Shown here piece by piece: positions 28,098-38,570 of a stretch of DNA of 64,000 nt. Below the pieces are notes generated by a model. The model did not search any database. It had not been told where the DNA came from and saw only the letters and a program-made list of their open reading frames with translations. The DNA comes from Pseudomonas sp. Its GTDB lineage: Bacteria > Pseudomonadota > Gammaproteobacteria > Pseudomonadales > Pseudomonadaceae. The position numbers were made by a program, and so were the translations under genes. Positions within the stretch are counted from its first letter, which is position 1; each line of letters begins with the position of its first letter. The stretch spans positions 312 through 64,311 of the forward strand of contig JAYQUJ010000010.1 of NCBI GenBank assembly GCA_038147895.1, read 5' to 3'.

Positions 28098-29249
28098 ATG
28101 GGGTTGCTGATCCAGGGCTATTTCGACCTGCGATTCGAGGCGCTCAAAGAAGCGTTTGCCGAATTATTCACCGATTCACAGGAGCGCGGCGCCGCGCTCT
28201 GCGTGCAGATCGGCGGCGAGACTGTCGTCGATATCTGGGCAGGCACTGCCGACAAGGACGGTAGTGAGGCCTGGCACAGCGATACCATCCTCAACCTGTT
28301 TTCCTGCACCAAGACCTTCGCCGCCGTTGCCGCCCTGCAGCTGGTGGAGCAGGGCAAGCTGGAGCTGGATGCGCCGGTGGCGCGCTGGTGGCCGGAGTTC
28401 GCCGCGGCCGGCAAGGAGCGGGTTACCCTGCGCCAATTGCTCAGCCATAAAGCCGGTCTGCCGGCCCTGCGCCAGATGCTGCCAGCCGAGGCACTGTATG
28501 ACTGGCAGCAGATGACCGCCGCGCTGGCCGCCGAACAGCCCTGGTGGACGCCTGGCGAGGCTCACGGTTATTCCCCCATCACCTATGGCTGGCTGATCGG
28601 CGAGCTGCTGCGTCGGGTCGACGGGCGTGGCCCGGGCGAGTCCATCGTCGCGCGCATCGCCAAGCCGTTGGGGCTGGACTTTCATGTCGGCCTGGACGAG
28701 GAGGAGTTTCCTCGGGTCGCCCATATCGCCCGCAAGAAAGGTGAAATGGGCGATGCCGCTGCCCAGCGACTGTTCAAATGCATGATGAGCGAACCGAATG
28801 CACTGAGTACCCGTGCCTTCGCCAATCCGCCGTCTATCCTGACCAGCACCAACAAGCCGGAATGGCGGCGCATGCAGCAGCCGGCGGCGAATGGCCATGG
28901 CAATGCCCGTGCCCTGGCCGGTTTCTACGCCGCCTTGCTCGATGGCCGCTTGCTGGAGGCGGAAATGCTGAACGAGATGACCCGTGAGCATGCCTGTGGA
29001 GACGATCTCACTCTGTTGACCCCGACTCGCCTGGGCCTGGGTTGCATGCTCGATCAGCCGAAGGTGGCAAATGCTACCTATGGCCTTGGCAGCAAGGCTT
29101 TCGGTCACCCGGGCGCTGGTGGTTCGGTAGGCTTTGCCGACCCCGAGCGCGAAATAGCCTTTGGTTTCGTGACCAACAGCCTGGGCCCCTATGTTTTGAT
29201 GGATCCACGCACGCAGAAACTGGCGCGTGTGCTGGGCCAATGTTTATGA
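28098..29249 (+). CDS. Serine hydrolase, beta-lactamase class C / esterase family
   Basis: S-x-x-K motif (FSCTKTF). 383 aa. An alternative TTG start at 28104 has better SD spacing. Confidence 0.82.
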   Translation: MGLLIQGYFDLRFEALKEAFAELFTDSQERGAALCVQIGGETVVDIWAGTADKDGSEAWHSDTILNLFSCTKTFAAVAALQLVEQGKLELDAPVARWWPEFAAAGKERVTLRQLLSHKAGLPALRQMLPAEALYDWQQMTAALAAEQPWWTPGEAHGYSPITYGWLIGELLRRVDGRGPGESIVARIAKPLGLDFHVGLDEEEFPRVAHIARKKGEMGDAAAQRLFKCMMSEPNALSTRAFANPPSILTSTNKPEWRRMQQPAANGHGNARALAGFYAALLDGRLLEAEMLNEMTREHACGDDLTLLTPTRLGLGCMLDQPKVANATYGLGSKAFGHPGAGGSVGFADPEREIAFGFVTNSLGPYVLMDPRTQKLARVLGQCL

Positions 29250-29271
29250 CCCGCCACCTGGAAGACCAATA

Positions 29272-29928
29272 ATGAGAACTCAAGCCCTCGTTCTGCTCAG
29301 CTGCATCAGCCTGGCCGCCTGTTCCGGCTCTCTTTTCTCCAAGGCCGATGAGTCCAAGCCTGTGGCCAAGGTCGTGCCCAAGGTTGATCATCAGGTGACC
29401 AATGCCTGGCTGGACGAGTACGAGCCGCGTCTGAAGGAAGCGCTGAAAAATACCCGTATGGAGCTGGAGCGCCGGGAGAGCGTGCTGGTGGTAACGGCGC
29501 CGGTGGAAAGCTCGTTCAATCCGGATCGCCCGAGCATGCTGATGCCGGCGGTACTCGGGCCTTTCACCAAGGTGGCCAAGATTCTGGAAAAAGACCCGCG
29601 CACTGCGGTGCTAATCCTCGGTCATGCCGATAGCAGTGGCCAGGTCGATGCCAACCGCAAACTCAGCGAAGACCGCGCCAGGGCGGTAGCTTCGATCTTC
29701 CGCCTCAGTGGCCTGCAGCGTGATCGTCTGCTGCTCAAGGGCGTGGGTTCCGACATGCCGCGTGCGGCCAACGACAGTGCCCCGGGCCGTGCGCTCAACC
29801 GCCGTGTGGAAATCGTCCTGACCCCGCAGCCGACTCTGATCGCGTTGCTGGCCCAGTACAGCCAACCGGCTGCGGTGCCGCTGTCGCAAGCTGTCGCAGA
29901 TCAAGGAAAACCGGCCAAGGCGCAGTAA
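29272..29928 (+). CDS. OmpA-family lipoprotein
   Basis: Lipobox SLAACSG. C-terminal OmpA/MotB domain (GHADSSG...NRRVEIVL). Confidence 0.85.
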   Translation: MRTQALVLLSCISLAACSGSLFSKADESKPVAKVVPKVDHQVTNAWLDEYEPRLKEALKNTRMELERRESVLVVTAPVESSFNPDRPSMLMPAVLGPFTKVAKILEKDPRTAVLILGHADSSGQVDANRKLSEDRARAVASIFRLSGLQRDRLLLKGVGSDMPRAANDSAPGRALNRRVEIVLTPQPTLIALLAQYSQPAAVPLSQAVADQGKPAKAQ

Positions 29929-29957
29929 GCTAGGTGCATTCTGAATCAGGAGTCCCT

Positions 29958-30605
29958 ATGCCCCAGTCCCTTGCCGACATGCGTCGCGACTATGTTCGCG
30001 ATGGCCTCAGCGAAGCTCAGGCTCCAAGTGAGCCCTTTGCCCTGTTTCGCCAGTGGTTTGACGATGCGGTACAGACCGAGCAGCTGCCGGTGGAGCCCAA
30101 CGCCATGACCCTGGCGACGGTGGATGGCGAAGGCCGTCCACATTGTCGCGTGTTGCTGCTCAAGGGCCTGGACGAGCGAGGCTTCACCTTCTTCAGCAAC
30201 TATGACAGTGCCAAGGGCGAACAACTGGCGGCGCGCCCCTATGCCGCCATGACCTTTTTCTGGCCCAGCCTGGAGCGCCAGGTGCGTATCGAGGGGCGGG
30301 TAGAGAAAGTGTCCTTTGAGGACTCCGATGCCTACTTCCAGGTACGCCCGCTGGGCAGTCGCCTGGGTGCCTGGGCTTCGCCGCAGAGCCGGGTGATTCG
30401 CGATCGCGACGAGCTTGAAGGTTACCTGGCCGAGACCGAGCGGCGCTTCCTCGACACGGCCCCGCATTGCCCGCCGCACTGGGGTGGTTATCGCCTGCTG
30501 CCCGAGCGCATCGAGTTCTGGCAGGGACGTGCCAGTCGCCTGCATGACCGTCTCAACTACCGGCTGGTCGATGGTGACTGGCTGCGCGAGCGCCTGGCAC
30601 CCTAA
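29958..30605 (+). CDS. pdxH: Pyridoxamine 5'-phosphate oxidase
   Basis: 215 aa. ...[21 protein letters not shown]... and a C-terminal EFWQGR.SRLHDR motif. Confidence 0.92.
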   Translation: MPQSLADMRRDYVRDGLSEAQAPSEPFALFRQWFDDAVQTEQLPVEPNAMTLATVDGEGRPHCRVLLLKGLDERGFTFFSNYDSAKGEQLAARPYAAMTFFWPSLERQVRIEGRVEKVSFEDSDAYFQVRPLGSRLGAWASPQSRVIRDRDELEGYLAETERRFLDTAPHCPPHWGGYRLLPERIEFWQGRASRLHDRLNYRLVDGDWLRERLAP

Positions 30606-30633
30606 ACTCTGGCCTCCCTGAGGAGGCCGCTCA

Positions 30634-31719
30634 ATGCTCGAACTCGACTCCGCCCTAGCGCAGCACATCGTTGACCGCGCCATGGCGATCCTGCCGCACA
30701 ACATCAATGTCATGGATGCCCAGGGCATGATCATCGGCAGTGGTGATCCGCAGCGCCTGCATACGCGTCACGAAGGCGCGCAGCTGGTACTGGCCAACCG
30801 GCGGGTGGTGGAGATCGACGAGCAGGCTGCTGCCTGCCTGCGCGGCGTGCGTCCCGGCGTCAATCTGCCCCTGCTGCATGCCGACCAGTTGATCGGCGTG
30901 CTGGGTATCACCGGCGATCCCGATACCGTGCGGCCCTACGCCGAGCTGGTGCGCATGGCGGCTGAAATGCTGGTCGAGCAGCGCCAGCTGCAGGCCGAGC
31001 GACACTGGCAGCGGCATCAGCTGGAGGCCTGGTTGCGACAGCTGTGTGACCCGCTGGTGAGCGTGGCGCAACTGAGTGCCGAAGCCGAGCGTATCGGCGT
31101 GCAGTTGAGCTGGCCGCGCCAGTTGCTGCTGCTGGAGCTGGACGGCAAGGGCGATCCGGGGCGTCTGCTCGCCACACTCAACGGAAAAGGCGAGCAGTGC
31201 GGGCCTCTGGCTCTGGGGGAGCTGCTCTGGTGCCGCCCTCATCAGGCTGGCCGTGACGAGGCCTGGCTGGAACAGGCAGACGCCCGCAGCTGGGGGGTGC
31301 AGCGCCTGCTGCTCAGCGACTCTCTGGACAGCCTGAGCGAGTTGCGCGAGGCGGCCCAGGCGCTGCGTGAGCTGCAGGCATACGCTCGTACACACAAGGC
31401 GGGTAGTCGCCTGTTGCCGTTGGAGCAGCACCGCTTGCAGGCCCTGCTGCACGGTCAGCGCCACAGCTGGTCACTGCAACGCTGGTTGGCACCGCTACGT
31501 CGGGTGCTGGCCCAGGATGCCCAGGGGCAGCTGCGCCAGACCCTGGAGGCCTGGTGTCAGCACGATGGTCATCCGCAGGCCTGTGCCGAGGCGCTGGGCA
31601 TTCACCGTAACACCCTGCGTTACCGTCTGGAGCGCATTGCCGAATTGAGTGGTCTGGACCTGACCCGACGGGATCAGCGGCTACTCTTCACTCTGGGCTT
31701 GGAGCTGCTGGAAGAGTGA
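30634..31719 (+). CDS. cdaR: CdaR/PucR-family sugar-diacid regulator
   Basis: N-terminal diacid-recognition region (AQHIVDRAMAIL.HNINVMD..G.IIGSGD). C-terminal PucR HTH (LGIHRNTLRYRLERI). Confidence 0.85.
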   Translation: MLELDSALAQHIVDRAMAILPHNINVMDAQGMIIGSGDPQRLHTRHEGAQLVLANRRVVEIDEQAAACLRGVRPGVNLPLLHADQLIGVLGITGDPDTVRPYAELVRMAAEMLVEQRQLQAERHWQRHQLEAWLRQLCDPLVSVAQLSAEAERIGVQLSWPRQLLLLELDGKGDPGRLLATLNGKGEQCGPLALGELLWCRPHQAGRDEAWLEQADARSWGVQRLLLSDSLDSLSELREAAQALRELQAYARTHKAGSRLLPLEQHRLQALLHGQRHSWSLQRWLAPLRRVLAQDAQGQLRQTLEAWCQHDGHPQACAEALGIHRNTLRYRLERIAELSGLDLTRRDQRLLFTLGLELLEE

Positions 31720-31727
31720 TGCCGTCT

Positions 31728-31782
31728 GTGCGTTTGCACAGAATTTACAAGTTCCTTGCTGGGGTTATTGGTGCGTCTGCAC
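31728..31782. promoter_or_regulatory. Two copies of a GTGC-N4-GCAC palindrome upstream of the gntP-glycerate kinase unit. Candidate CdaR operators.
   Basis: GTGCGTTTGCAC at 31728-31739 and GTGCGTCTGCAC at 31771-31782. Centres are 43 bp apart. Confidence 0.4.
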
Positions 31783-31850
31783 GGCGCTTGGCCCGTGGGC
31801 GCTGAGTCAAAATGGCAGGCCTTCGACCATAACAACAAGAGGAAACGGTC

Positions 31851-33209
31851 ATGACCTTGGTCCTGATCCTGGTGGCGCTGATCGCATTCATCGTCCTGTC
31901 CACTACCCGTCTCAAACTGCACCCCTTCCTGGCTCTACTGGCCGCGGCTTTCGTCGCCGGCTTCGGCTACCAACTGCCCAGCGGCGAAATCGTCAAGACC
32001 ATTACCGCCGGCTTCGGTGGCATTCTCGGCTATATCGGTATCGTCATCGTGCTCGGCACCATCATCGGGGTGATCCTTGAGCGCAGCGGCGCGGCGATCA
32101 CCATGGCCGAGACGGTGATCAGGCTGCTCGGTGAGCGCTTCCCGACCCTGACCATGTCGATCATCGGCTACCTGGTGTCGATCCCGGTGTTCTGCGACTC
32201 CGGCTACGTCATCCTCAATTCGCTGAAGAACGCTTTGGCCGCACGGATGAAGGTCTCCGTGGTGGCCATGAGCGTGGCCCTGGCCACGGGGCTCTATGCC
32301 ACCCACACCTTCGTGCCGCCGACCCCGGGCCCGATCGCGGCTGCCGGTAACCTGGGGCTGGAGTCCAGCCTGGGTCTGGTGATCGGCGTCGGCCTGCTGG
32401 TGGCGATGGTGACGGCCCTGGCCGGCATGCTCTGGGCCAACCGTTTCATCGGCAAGGACATCGCTCTGGAAGACGATGGCCAGCCATTGCCGGCCGCTGA
32501 AGACTTCGCCGTGCTCAAGGCACGCTATGGCGAACTGCCGAGCGCTTTCCAGGCCTTCGCACCGATCTTCGTGCCGATCCTGCTGATTTGCCTCGGCTCG
32601 ATTGCCGCGTTCCCCAGCAAGCCGCTGGGCGAGGGCGTGCTGCTCAGCGTGCTGAGCTTCCTCGGTCAGCCGGTGGTGGCGCTGCTGGTCGGCCTGGCGC
32701 TAGCCTGCACCCTGCTCAAGAGCGAAGACAAGCGCAAGGAACTGCATGACCGTGTGGCCGAAGGTCTGATGGCCTCTGCGCCCATCCTGCTGATTACCGG
32801 TGCCGGCGGTGCCTTTGGTGCCGTGCTCAAGGCCACGCCGCTGGGCGATTATCTGGGCAGCACCCTGTCGTCGCTGGGCATCGGCCTGTTCATGCCGTTC
32901 GTGGTCGCCGCCGCGCTGAAGAGCGCCCAGGGCTCGTCCACTGTGGCGCTGGTCACCACCTCCGCACTGGTGGCGCCGCTGCTGGGGCAGCTGGGCCTGG
33001 ATAGCGAGATGGGTCGCGTGCTCACCGTGATGGCCATTGGTGCCGGCGCCATGACAGTGTCCCATGCCAACGACAGCTTCTTCTGGGTAGTCACCCAGTT
33101 CAGCCGTATGCCGGTGGCGGTGGCCTACCGCGCACAGACCATGGCCACGCTGGTACAGGGTATCGCCGGTATCGTCACGGTCTGGCTGCTCAGCCTGGTG
33201 TTGTTGTAA
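31851..33209 (+). CDS. GntP family permease (probable glycerate/sugar-acid transporter)
   Basis: 452 aa, polytopic, with typical GntP N-terminus. Confidence 0.88.
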   Translation: MTLVLILVALIAFIVLSTTRLKLHPFLALLAAAFVAGFGYQLPSGEIVKTITAGFGGILGYIGIVIVLGTIIGVILERSGAAITMAETVIRLLGERFPTLTMSIIGYLVSIPVFCDSGYVILNSLKNALAARMKVSVVAMSVALATGLYATHTFVPPTPGPIAAAGNLGLESSLGLVIGVGLLVAMVTALAGMLWANRFIGKDIALEDDGQPLPAAEDFAVLKARYGELPSAFQAFAPIFVPILLICLGSIAAFPSKPLGEGVLLSVLSFLGQPVVALLVGLALACTLLKSEDKRKELHDRVAEGLMASAPILLITGAGGAFGAVLKATPLGDYLGSTLSSLGIGLFMPFVVAAALKSAQGSSTVALVTTSALVAPLLGQLGLDSEMGRVLTVMAIGAGAMTVSHANDSFFWVVTQFSRMPVAVAYRAQTMATLVQGIAGIVTVWLLSLVLL

Positions 33210-33230
33210 CTCTCTGCAAGGTCGTTGTTG

Positions 33231-34364
33231 ATGAAGATTGTCGTTGCCCCCGATTCCTTCAAGGAAAGCCTCAGCGCGCCGGAGGTGGCCGAGGCCATCG
33301 CCCGCGGCTGGTTGCGGGTGTTTCCCGAGGCCGAAGTGCTGCTGCGGCCAATGGCCGATGGCGGTGAAGGTACGGTGGATGCCGTGCTGGCGGCCTGCGG
33401 TGGCGAGCGGCGCGAGCTGCGCGTCAGTGGCCCGTTGGGCGAGCCGGTTCAGGCGCACTGGGGTTGGCTGGGCGATGCTACGGCAGTGCTGGAAATGGCC
33501 GCGGCCAGTGGCTTGCACTGGGTGCCGGCCGGGCAGCGCGATGCGACACGCGCCAGCAGCTACGGCACCGGCGAGCTGATTCGCGCGGCGTTGGATGCCG
33601 GCGCACGGCGCATTATCCTCGGCCTCGGTGGCAGTGCGACCAACGACGGCGGTGCCGGTCTGCTGCGTGCGCTGGGCGTACGCTTTCTCGATGCCCAGGG
33701 TGTCGAACTGGAGCCAGGTGGCCTGGCGCTGGCGCAGTTGGCGCATGTCGATGTCAGTGGCCTGGACCCGCGCCTGCTCAACGTGCAGGTGGAGGTCGCT
33801 GCGGATGTCGACAATCCATTGTGCGGGCCGCGCGGTGCGTCTCATGTTTTCGGGCCGCAGAAGGGCGCCAGTACCGAGCAGGTACTGGAGCTGGACGCGG
33901 CGCTTGGCCACTTCGCCCAGGTGGTTGCCGCCACGCTGGGCAAGGACCACAGCAGCTTTCCCGGTGTCGGCGCGGCCGGTGGTCTGGGCTTTGCCGCGCG
34001 GGCTTTTCTGCATGCCAGGTTTCGTCCCGGCATTGAGCTGGTGGCCGAGCTCTCCGAGCTGGCTGCAGCGGTGCAAGGCGCCGATCTGTTGATCACCGGG
34101 GAAGGGCGCTTGGATTCACAGAGCTTGCATGGCAAGACGCCGGTGGGCGTTGCGCGCGTTGCGGCGGCAGCTGGTGTGCCGGTCATCGCGCTGGCGGGTA
34201 GCCTGGGTGAGGGCTATCAGGCGGTGTACGAGGCCGGCATCGACGCCGCTTTCAGTCTCACTTGCGGGCCCCAGAGCCTGGCGCAGGCCATGGCGGGCGC
34301 CGCGGCTGAGCTGGAGGCGCGCGCCTGCGATCTGGCGCGGGTGTGGCGTCTGGCCCGCGCTTAG
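33231..34364 (+). CDS. glxK: Glycerate kinase
   Basis: MKIVVAPDSFKESLSA...DGGEGT...GLGGSATNDGG motifs. Confidence 0.9.
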   Translation: MKIVVAPDSFKESLSAPEVAEAIARGWLRVFPEAEVLLRPMADGGEGTVDAVLAACGGERRELRVSGPLGEPVQAHWGWLGDATAVLEMAAASGLHWVPAGQRDATRASSYGTGELIRAALDAGARRIILGLGGSATNDGGAGLLRALGVRFLDAQGVELEPGGLALAQLAHVDVSGLDPRLLNVQVEVAADVDNPLCGPRGASHVFGPQKGASTEQVLELDAALGHFAQVVAATLGKDHSSFPGVGAAGGLGFAARAFLHARFRPGIELVAELSELAAAVQGADLLITGEGRLDSQSLHGKTPVGVARVAAAAGVPVIALAGSLGEGYQAVYEAGIDAAFSLTCGPQSLAQAMAGAAAELEARACDLARVWRLARA

Positions 34365-34603
34365 CGGGCTTGGTGCAGGTAATCCTTGGCGGCCTGGTGC
34401 AGCCAGTCTTCCAGCTGGCGGCGCGGGATGCCCTGGTGCTTGGCCTGTTCCAGGCATTCCAGCAGGTGGGCTTGCATGGCCGGGTCACCGGCGGCGATGG
34501 ACAGCGCCAGGTCGCGATCCATCCAGCGGCGAATGAGCCGGTACAGCCACCAGTGGAAGACCAGGCCGGCCAGGGTGGCGACGGTAACGATGAAATAATC
34601 CAT
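34361..34603 (-). CDS. 80-aa single-TM protein, hypothetical
   Basis: MDYFIVTVATLAGLVFHWWLY... GGAGAAA lies 7 nt upstream of ATG 34603. The longer track ORF (to 34837) has no RBS support. Confidence 0.6.
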   Translation of the reverse strand: MDYFIVTVATLAGLVFHWWLYRLIRRWMDRDLALSIAAGDPAMQAHLLECLEQAKHQGIPRRQLEDWLHQAAKDYLHQAR

Positions 34604-34766
34604 GCAGGGATTTCTCCAAGTATCCCGCCATCCTGCGCCAGCTCGATCCGCCAGGAAACCTGACCCGATGTCGCACCCGGCTTCTACACTATGACTGACG
34701 ACCATGGAGCGGATGACAGACAGCAGATGCCGCTGTCTAATACCTGCCTTACTTGGAGAGAACCCT

Positions 34767-35231
34767 ATGCGTAAATCCAATCTGCTGACTGTTTCTGTTG
34801 TCGCCCTGGGCCTGGCCCTGGGTGGTTGTGCTTCCAATCTGAGCGGCGACAGCTACAGCCGTGACGAAGCGCGCAAGGTGCAAACCGTGCGTCTGGGCAC
34901 CGTCGAGATGTTGCGCCCGGTGAAGATCGAAGGCACCAAGACCCCGATCGGCGCCGGCGCCGGTGCCGTGGTGGGTGGTATCGGCGGTAGCACGATTGGC
35001 GGGGGCCGTGGCTCCGCCGTGGCGGCGGTGATCGGTGCGGTCGCCGGTGGTTTGCTGGGCGCAGCCACCGAGGAAGGCCTGACCCGCACCCAGGGTGTGG
35101 AAATCACCGTGCGCGAGGATGACGGCACTTTGCGCGCCTATGTGCAGGAAGTGCAGGAAAACGAGATTTTCCGCGTAGGTGATCGAGTGCGCATCATGAC
35201 GGTGGATGGCACCAGTCGCGTCGCTCACTGA
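34767..35231 (+). CDS. Glycine-zipper 2TM domain outer-membrane lipoprotein (17-kDa antigen / SlyB-like)
   Basis: Lipobox LALGGCAS. GAGAGAVVGGIGGSTIGGGRGSAVAAVIGAVAGGLLG. Confidence 0.85.
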   Translation: MRKSNLLTVSVVALGLALGGCASNLSGDSYSRDEARKVQTVRLGTVEMLRPVKIEGTKTPIGAGAGAVVGGIGGSTIGGGRGSAVAAVIGAVAGGLLGAATEEGLTRTQGVEITVREDDGTLRAYVQEVQENEIFRVGDRVRIMTVDGTSRVAH

Positions 35232-35240
35232 TCTGAAAAG

Positions 35241-35263
35241 GCCCGGCATTTGCCGGGCTTTTT
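35241..35263 (+). terminator. Rho-independent terminator
   Basis: GCCCGGC-attt-GCCGGGC followed by TTTTT. Confidence 0.85.
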
Positions 35264-35446
35264 CTTTCTGCGTCTATTGAGCGGCCTGATTAGATAAGTT
35301 CTGGTAATAATTCAGCCATGACTTGCCCTTCCCAGTCATGGATAATCGCCCGCTAGTCCTGCGCTGACAAAGACTTAGCAGCGCAACGGGAAGTCTGATT
35401 CGCCTCGGCCATGCAACGGCGTGGGGCTTGCGGAAAGGGGAGATTC

Positions 35447-38239
35447 ATGGAGCTGCTGCTCATTGTCGGCTTGCCGTTTTTCGGCGCTCTCCTGCCAGTT
35501 TTATTCGATCGCTTCGGCCGTGTGCAGACCACGCTGGCAGCTGCAGTCGCGCCTTTGCTGGGCTTGGGCTGGCTGCTTTGGCTGGCACCGCGTGTATTCG
35601 CCGGCGAGCGGCTGTTGGTGTCGTATAGCTGGCTGCCCGAACTGGGGCTGAATCTCTCGCTGCGCCTGGACGGCCTGGGCTTTCTGTTTGCCCTGCTGAT
35701 TCTCGGCATCGGTCTGCTGGTCATCCTCTACGCCCGCTACTACCTGTCCGAGCGCGAGCCGGTCGGGCGGTTCTTTTCCTACCTGCTGCTGTTCATGGGC
35801 GCCATGCTCGGTGTGGTGCTGTCGGAAAACCTGCTGCTGATGATGGTGTTCTGGGAGCTGACCAGCCTGTCGTCCTTCCTGTTGATCGGCTTCTGGGGCA
35901 ATCGTGGCGATGCGCGCAAGGGCGCGCGCATGGCGCTGGCGGTGACCGGTGGTGGCGGTTTGGCGCTGCTGGCCGGTGTGCTGCTGCTGGGGCAGATGGC
36001 CGGCAGTTTCCAGCTCAGCGAAGTGCTGGCCGCTGGCGATCAGGTGCGTGCCCATGCCCTCTATCCGCTGATGCTGGTGCTGGTGCTGCTGGGCGTGTTC
36101 ACCAAGTCGGCGCAGTTCCCCTTCCACTTCTGGCTGCCCCATGCCATGGCGGCGCCAACGCCGGTGTCGGCCTATCTGCACTCGGCGACCATGGTCAAGG
36201 CCGGGGTCTTTCTGCTGGCGCGTCTGTACCCGGTGCTGAGCGGCACCGACCTGTGGTTCTACTTGGTTAGCCTCACCGGCCTGGCGACCCTGCTGGTGGG
36301 CGCCGGCATGGCCCTGTTCCAGCACGACCTCAAGGGCTTGCTGGCCTACTCGACCATTAGCCACCTGGGGCTGATCACCCTGCTGTTCGGCCTCGACTCG
36401 CGCATGGCGACGGTGGCGGCGGTGTTCCACATCATCAACCACGCGACTTTCAAAGCTTCGCTGTTCATGGCCGCGGGGATCATCGATCACGAGACCGGCA
36501 GCCGCGACATGCGGCGCATCAACGGCATGTGGAAGTACCTGCCGCACACGGCGGTGCTGGCGATGGTGGCGTCCTCGGCGATGGCCGGTGTGCCGCTGCT
36601 CAACGGCTTCCTGAGCAAGGAAATGTTCTTCGGCGAGACCCTGCAGCAGGATCTGCTGGGCAGCTTCAACTGGGTGATCCCGGCGGCCGCGACCCTGGCC
36701 GGGGTGTTCTCGGTGGCCTATTCGCTGCGCTTCATCCATGACGTGTTCTTCAACGGCGAGCCGATCAACCTGCCCAAATTTCCGCCCCACGAGCCGCCGC
36801 GCTACATGAAGGTGCCGGTGGAGGTGCTGGTCTTCCTCTGCCTGCTGGTGGGCATGCTGCCGGGCTATACCGTGGCGCCGCTGCTGTCGGTGGCGGCCCA
36901 GGCCAGCCTCAACGGGCCGCTGCCCGAGTACGACCTGGCGATCTGGCACGGCTTCAACTTGCCGCTGGCGATGAGCTTCGCGGCGACTCTCGGCGGCATC
37001 CTGGTGTACCTGTTCCGCCAGCCGCTGTTCCGCTGGTATGCCGGCCTGCCCGAGGTGGATGCCAAGGATGTGTTTGAGCGCGGCGTACGCGCCGTGGTGG
37101 CGTTCAGTCGGCGGATTACCGCGCTGCTGGAGAATGGCTCGCTGCAGCGCTACCTGGCGCTGATGCTGCTGGCGGCGCTACTGGTGGTGGTCAGCGGCCT
37201 GACCCGCCTGCCGCGCTTTACCGGCTCCCTGGGGCTGTCGCCGCTGGATGGACCGGGGCTGATGGGCGGCACCGTGCTCTGCGTGGCGGCGCTGCTGACG
37301 GTGATCTTCCACCGCCAGCGCCTGGTGGCGCTGCTGATGCTCAGCGTGGTCGGTCTGCTGGTGGCGCTGGTGTTCGCCCGCTATTCGGCGCCGGACCTGG
37401 CCCTGACCCAGCTGTCGGTAGAGGTGGTGACCATCATCCTGCTGATGCTGGCGCTGTACTTCATGCCTTCGCATACCCCGGCCGAGAGCAGCAGCCTGCG
37501 CGGCTTGCGCGACTTCATCGTGGCGGTGGGCTGCGGCGGGGTAGTGGCGCTGCTGACCTATGCGGTGCTGACGCGCCCGCTGCAGAGCATCTCCGGCTTC
37601 TTCCTGGACAACAGCGTGTCGGGTGGCGGCGGTACCAACGTGGTCAACGTCATCCTGGTGGACTTCCGCGGCTTCGATACCCTGGGCGAGATCAGTGTGC
37701 TGGCCATCGCCGCCGTGGGCATCTTCGCTCTGCTCGAAGGCCTGCGTCTGTATCAGCCGCAGGCCGACAGTGCAGGGCACCACTGGGCCAGTGACCGCCA
37801 TCCGCTGTTCCTTTCCACCCTGTCGCGGGTACTGCTGCCGCTGGCGCTGCTGGTGTCGGTATTCATCTTCCTGCGCGGCCACAACCTGCCGGGCGGCGGC
37901 TTCATCGCCGGCCTGATCACCGCCGTGGCGCTGATTCTGCAGTACGTCGCCAACGGCGTGAGCTGGACGCAGAGCCGCCTGCCGCTGGACTACCAGCGCG
38001 TGGCCGGTGCCGGCGTGCTGCTCGCCGGCCTTACCGGGCTGGGCAGCTGGCTGTTCGGTTATCCCTATCTGACCACTTCGTTCGGCCACTTCCACCTGCC
38101 GCTGGTAGGTGAGTTCGAGCTGGCCACCGCCATGTTGTTCGACCTCGGCGTCTACCTGGCCGTGGTCGGCGCCACCCTGACGATTCTCGCCAGCCTGGGC
38201 AAGCTGACCCGTGGCAATGGCACCGAGGAGCTGCTCTGA
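35447..38239 (+). CDS. Mrp/Pha/Sha monovalent cation:proton antiporter, fused subunit A/B
   Basis: 930 aa, NuoL-like polytopic protein. First gene of a 6-gene overlapping operon. Confidence 0.9.
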   Translation: MELLLIVGLPFFGALLPVLFDRFGRVQTTLAAAVAPLLGLGWLLWLAPRVFAGERLLVSYSWLPELGLNLSLRLDGLGFLFALLILGIGLLVILYARYYLSEREPVGRFFSYLLLFMGAMLGVVLSENLLLMMVFWELTSLSSFLLIGFWGNRGDARKGARMALAVTGGGGLALLAGVLLLGQMAGSFQLSEVLAAGDQVRAHALYPLMLVLVLLGVFTKSAQFPFHFWLPHAMAAPTPVSAYLHSATMVKAGVFLLARLYPVLSGTDLWFYLVSLTGLATLLVGAGMALFQHDLKGLLAYSTISHLGLITLLFGLDSRMATVAAVFHIINHATFKASLFMAAGIIDHETGSRDMRRINGMWKYLPHTAVLAMVASSAMAGVPLLNGFLSKEMFFGETLQQDLLGSFNWVIPAAATLAGVFSVAYSLRFIHDVFFNGEPINLPKFPPHEPPRYMKVPVEVLVFLCLLVGMLPGYTVAPLLSVAAQASLNGPLPEYDLAIWHGFNLPLAMSFAATLGGILVYLFRQPLFRWYAGLPEVDAKDVFERGVRAVVAFSRRITALLENGSLQRYLALMLLAALLVVVSGLTRLPRFTGSLGLSPLDGPGLMGGTVLCVAALLTVIFHRQRLVALLMLSVVGLLVALVFARYSAPDLALTQLSVEVVTIILLMLALYFMPSHTPAESSSLRGLRDFIVAVGCGGVVALLTYAVLTRPLQSISGFFLDNSVSGGGGTNVVNVILVDFRGFDTLGEISVLAIAAVGIFALLEGLRLYQPQADSAGHHWASDRHPLFLSTLSRVLLPLALLVSVFIFLRGHNLPGGGFIAGLITAVALILQYVANGVSWTQSRLPLDYQRVAGAGVLLAGLTGLGSWLFGYPYLTTSFGHFHLPLVGEFELATAMLFDLGVYLAVVGATLTILASLGKLTRGNGTEELL

Positions 38240-38240
38240 G

Positions 38241-38570
38241 ATGGAAGCCCTGTTCGCTCTGGTACTCGGCGTGCTGACCGCCAGCGGTGTGTACCTGCTG
38301 CTGCGTGCCCGCACCTTTCCCGTGGTAATGGGCCTGACCCTGCTGTCCTACGCGGTCAACCTGTTCCTCTTCGCCATGGGCCGCCTACACAGCGGCGTGC
38401 CGGCGGTGATTCGCGAAGGCGGGCGCTATACCGATCCGCTGCCCCAGGCGCTGGTGCTGACCGCCATCGTCATCGGTTTCGCCATGACCGCCTTCGTCGT
38501 GGTGCTGGCCCTGCGCAGCCTGGGTGAACACGATACCGATCATGTCGATGGTGGAGAGCCGCGCCGATGA
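38241..38570 (+). CDS. Mrp antiporter subunit C (NuoK-like)
   Basis: 109 aa. Starts 1 nt after the subunit A stop. Confidence 0.88.
   Translation: MEALFALVLGVLTASGVYLLLRARTFPVVMGLTLLSYAVNLFLFAMGRLHSGVPAVIREGGRYTDPLPQALVLTAIVIGFAMTAFVVVLALRSLGEHDTDHVDGGEPRR

Noticed and set aside
35501-36949. 482-aa ORF antisense to the Mrp subunit A gene.
   Set aside because: Shadow ORF inside a strongly supported membrane-protein gene. Its Arg/Gln/His-rich translation has no motifs.
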